Origin: an uncultured Chloroflexia bacterium
Lineage (GTDB): Bacteria > Chloroflexota > Limnocylindria > Limnocylindrales > CSP1-4
Direction of reading: 5' to 3'
Assembly (NCBI GenBank): GCA_963763775.1
Contig: CAVXPZ010000003.1
Location: 96,001-160,000, forward strand
DNA length: 64,000 bases
Shown: one piece after another, positions 62,432 to 64,000 of the stretch
Position numbering within the stretch: the stretch's first letter is position 1
Layout of the letters: every line of letters begins with the position of its first letter
Position numbers and translations under genes: made by a program
Notes under the pieces: model-generated
Told to the model about the DNA's origin: nothing
The model's database searches: none
What the model saw: the letters and a program-made list of their open reading frames with translations, nothing else

Positions 62432-63824
62432 CCGCGTCGGATCTCGACGCGGCCATCCGGGCGGCGGTCCCGGCGCCCGTCCGCGAACTCCTCGAGACGT
62501 TCTGGGGCGCTGGCCATGCCGGCTACGTGGTCGGCGGCTCGTTGCGTGACGTCATCCTCGGGCGCGCGGCGGCCGACTGGGACCTCGCGACCGATGCCCG
62601 GCCGGACGTCATGGTCGACCTGCTCCCGGACGCCGTGTACGAGAACCGCTTCGGGACCGTGGCCGTCCGCCGCGACGGCGAGGTGTTCGAGATCACGACG
62701 TTCCGGTCCGACCACGACTACGCGGACTTCCGGCGGCCGCATCGCGTCGAGTTCGGCGACACGATCGAGCTCGACCTCGCTCGTCGCGATTTCACGTGCA
62801 ACGCGATGGCCTGGGGGAGCGCGGCGGGCGTGGTGTCGGCTGGCGGAACGCCCGAGCTCGTGGACCCGTACGGCGGCGCCGCGGATGTCGACGCGCGGCT
62901 CCTCCGAGCGGTCGGCGACCCACCACGCCGGTTCGAGGAGGACGCGCTCCGCATGGTCCGAGCGGTCCGGCTCGCGGCCACCCTCGGCTTCCGCGTCGAG
63001 CCGTCGACGCTCGACGGCGATCCGGGCCCGGGCCGACCTGGTCCGCCACCTCTCGGGCGAGCGGATCGCGGCGGAGCTCGACAAGCTGCTCGCCGCCGAG
63101 CGGCCGTCGATCGGCCTGCGACTGATGCTGCGACACGGACCTCCTCCGGGGGATCTCGCCCGAGCTGGCCGACCAGCGCGGGATCCCGCAGAACAAGGTC
63201 CCGGGCGAGGACCTCTGGGACCACACGCTGCGGACCGTCGACGCGGCTCCGGCCGGTCGGCCGGTCGTCCGGTTGGCGGCGCTCCTGCATGACATCGGCA
63301 AGCCGGCGACGTTCGCCGACGGCCACTTCATCGGGCACGACAGTGTCGGCGCGGATCTCGCCGGCGCGTTCCTCGAGCGGCTCCGGTCGCCACGGTCCGT
63401 GCGTGAGCGGATCGTCCATCTCATCCGGCACCACATGTTCAGCTACGAGCCGAACTGGTCCGCCGCGGCGGTCCGTCGGTTCATCGCCAAGATCTCGCTC
63501 GATGGCGCCGCGATGGAGTCGATCGAGGAGCTCTTCGACCTCCGAGCGGCGGACAACGTCGGCTCCGGACTCCCCGCGAATGCCGGCCGGCTGGACGAGC
63601 TCCGCCGCCGCGTGGACGAGGCGGTGGCCGAGGGGGTCGTGCTGGATCGTGGCGACCTCGCCGTGGATGGCAGCGACCTCATGGCCGAGCTGGGCATCGA
63701 GCAGGGGCCGCGGCTCGGGCGCATGCTCGATGTGATGCTGCGCCGCGTACAGGCCGACCCGGCCCTCAACGATCGTCCGAGCCTGCTGCTCATCGCCCAG
63801 GCGATGCTGGCGGACGAGCCGTGA
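62428..63824 (+). CDS. cca: CCA tRNA nucleotidyltransferase with HD domain (frameshifts near 63018 and 63130)
   Basis: [21 protein letters not shown]-x-[21 protein letters not shown]. Confidence 0.88.
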
Positions 63825-64000
63825 TCGAGATCCTGCTCCAGGCCGAGCGGGCGCTCGAGATGGGACGCATCGATGTGGCCGAGTCGCTCTACCACCAGGT
63901 CGCGGACAACGACCCGAGGAATGCGATCGCCGTGGTCGGCCTCGCGCGTGTCGCGCTCGAGCGCGACGACCAGGCGGAAGCCCTCAGCCTGGCGCGACGC
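63821..64000 (+). CDS. TPR protein, runs off the window edge
   Basis: [12 protein letters not shown]...[27 protein letters not shown]. Confidence 0.75.
   Translation, partial: MIEILLQAERALEMGRIDVAESLYHQVADNDPRNAIAVVGLARVALERDDQAEALSLARR

Noticed and set aside
92-63895. Many long antisense or off-frame ORFs (for example 3393-5750 +, 38702-40792 +, 18047-20449 -)
   Set aside because: Arg/Pro/Gly-rich shadow ORFs expected at very high GC; they overlap well-supported genes.
1-64000. rRNA, tRNA or CRISPR arrays
   Set aside because: No cloverleaf, rRNA-like or repeat-spacer pattern was recognised by eye; intergenic gaps are short.

Overview
Very GC-rich bacterial chromosomal window with about 65 genes. 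The gene set (UPF0182, GuaB3, DarA-type c-di-AMP receptor, Ycf45-like ATPase, many leaderless starts) suggests Chloroflexota, possibly Limnocylindria/Ellin6529; this is an inference. Many genes carry single-base frameshifts that look like long-read assembly errors. Housekeeping and metabolic genes include guaA, guaB3, tmk, tldD/pmbA, pdxST, a scattered leucine-catabolism (liu/MCC) set and a CCA-adding enzyme. No rRNA, tRNA, CRISPR array, transposase or integrase was seen. The most striking locus is 24.7-35 kb. A divergent SARP/BTAD-STAND regulator faces a translationally coupled array of four paralogous polytopic membrane proteins, each ending in what looks like only the N-terminal piece of a GAF domain. 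A 29-aa mini-ORF in the array encodes just that tail. A single downstream effector begins with the complementary GAF remainder fused to a PP2C phosphatase and an RsbW-like kinase, followed by two STAS proteins. This is a candidate split-GAF, interchangeable-sensor partner-switching system, with a shared upstream DNA motif. Other notable items: an excisionase-like HTH fused to the methylcrotonyl-CoA carboxylase alpha subunit, a tandem ECF sigma/partner cassette region with a deletion scar, a MITE-like inverted repeat, and a small Cys-rich protein operon with a structured leader.
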